Assembly: GCA_022837635.1 (NCBI GenBank) | Contig: JALHFY010000001.1 | Location: 381,693-445,692 of the forward strand | DNA length: 64,000 nt | Reading direction: 5' to 3' | Origin: Candidatus Shapirobacteria bacterium | GTDB taxonomy: Bacteria; Patescibacteriota; Microgenomatia; UBA12405 | Shown here: positions 63,358-64,000 of the stretch, in pieces | Numbering within the stretch: the stretch's first letter is position 1 | Layout of the letters: every line of letters starts with the position of its first letter | The notes under the pieces: model-generated | Told to the model about the DNA's origin: nothing | Databases searched by the model: none | Seen by the model: only the letters and a program-made list of their open reading frames with translations | Made by a program: the position numbers and the translations under genes

Positions 63358-64000
63358 TCACACCCAAATCTTGTTGTAATTTTTGATTACTGATGGCTTG
63401 ATTTTTACCGAAAGGACGGGCTAAAGGATTATCCTTCAGATATTGTGACAAGGAAGACTCGTAAATTAAAGAAGCATCTAACTTAAAAGCAGTGGCAACT
63501 TTGTGAGCCACTTCAAAAGGAGAATGGAAACTGGAACCGACAACATGATAAATACCCTCAGGATGACGTTGAATCATGACATCAAAAGCCGTGGCCATAT
63601 CATCAATAAAAGTGGGAGTAATGGTTTGATCGGTGAAAAGATAGAGAGGTTCTCCAGCTTTTAGTTTATTGATATAACCTCGAAGAAAATCGACTTTAAC
63701 GGCAAAATTTTGGCGGAAAGGAAAACAAATCCGAGCTACAGTAGCACCGGCATCTAAAGCAATTTTTTCAGCCATAGCTTTGGTTTGGCCGTACCACTCG
63801 AGCGAATTGACAGGATCATCTTCGGTATAAGGAGTTTCTTTTTGACCATTAAAGACATAATCGGTGGAAATGTGAATGAGATGTTTTTGGTATTTTTGAC
63901 ATAAATTAACTATGTTTTGAGTACCTACAACATTAATTTGAAAACAGGGACCGGTTAAATCGAATCTTTGTTCCCAGGCGGATTTAGTATCGGTGAAAGC
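63308..64000 (-). CDS. rfbD: dTDP-4-dehydrorhamnose reductase (RfbD-like), partial: the N-terminus runs off the window end
   Basis: The ORF continues in-frame upstream of the listed M to the window edge. Hand translation gives HISTDYVFNGQKETPYTEDDPVNSLEWYGQTKAMAE, an RfbD signature with the catalytic Y-x3-K. Overlaps the 3' end of the Glf-like gene convergently by 50 nt. Confidence 0.6.
   Translation of the reverse strand, partial: AFTDTKSAWEQRFDLTGPCFQINVVGTQNIVNLCQKYQKHLIHISTDYVFNGQKETPYTEDDPVNSLEWYGQTKAMAEKIALDAGATVARICFPFRQNFAVKVDFLRGYINKLKAGEPLYLFTDQTITPTFIDDMATAFDVMIQRHPEGIYHVVGSSFHSPFEVAHKVATAFKLDASLIYESSLSQYLKDNPLARPFGKNQAISNQKLQQDLGVTMRTFEQSLELLAPQN

Noticed and set aside
1-64000. 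CRISPR arrays, IS elements and prophage
   Set aside because: No regularly spaced direct repeats, transposase or integrase-like ORFs were seen. The only repeat-flanked insert candidates are the DUF559 gene and the miaA palindrome, which are reported as findings.

Overview
This 64-kb window looks like a compact, low-GC, gene-dense bacterial chromosome segment with Candidate Phyla Radiation (Patescibacteria) hallmarks. Genes are tightly packed or overlapping, several large ORFs start with TTG, the spc operon has no L30 gene, the RNase P RNA is short (about 315 nt), and the class IIb aminoacyl-tRNA synthetase is archaeal-type Asp/Asn-like.

**Housekeeping content, in order along the window.** The partial D-Ala-D-Ala carboxypeptidase, the Asp/Asn-tRNA synthetase, recJ, secDF and the miaA-ychF pair are on the minus strand. 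The RRM RNA-binding protein, the CCA-adding enzyme, the small basic protein and the RNase P RNA (rnpB) are on the plus strand. Next come signal peptidase I, HU, RNase Y and recA-recX, all on the minus strand. A tRNA-Pro(GGG) is on the minus strand. The pseudouridine synthase, patatin-like lipase and rarA are on the plus strand, and a GT39-family glycosyltransferase is on the minus strand. A fused gamma-alpha plus beta 2-oxoacid:ferredoxin oxidoreductase is on the plus strand and uppP on the minus strand. One long minus-strand block then runs fusA-tuf-S10/spc/alpha ribosomal operons-adk-infA-rpmJ-rpoA-L17-L13-S9. A galactofuranose mutase-like gene (plus strand) and a partial rfbD gene (minus strand) end the window.

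**Accessory highlights.**
- An 8.5-kb ORF encodes a roughly 2,800-aa secreted surface protein. It has DUF11-like, Cna-B-like and repeated VxNDNGG beta-sandwich modules and an LPATG sortase signal. That signal is followed in-frame, with no stop, by a second signal-peptide/FN3/TM module, and a sortase gene follows immediately.
- A 58-aa strongly expressed basic protein next to rnpB resembles the Sulfolobus 7-kDa chromatin proteins (Sso7d/Sac7d).
- A DUF559 endonuclease-like gene flanked by mirrored hairpins sits between secY and adk, where map is normally found.
- A standalone Cas4-like Fe-S PD-(D/E)xK nuclease is convergent with a DEDDy exonuclease.
- A 28-bp GC-rich perfect palindrome lies inside miaA.

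No CRISPR arrays, transposases or prophage blocks were recognised.
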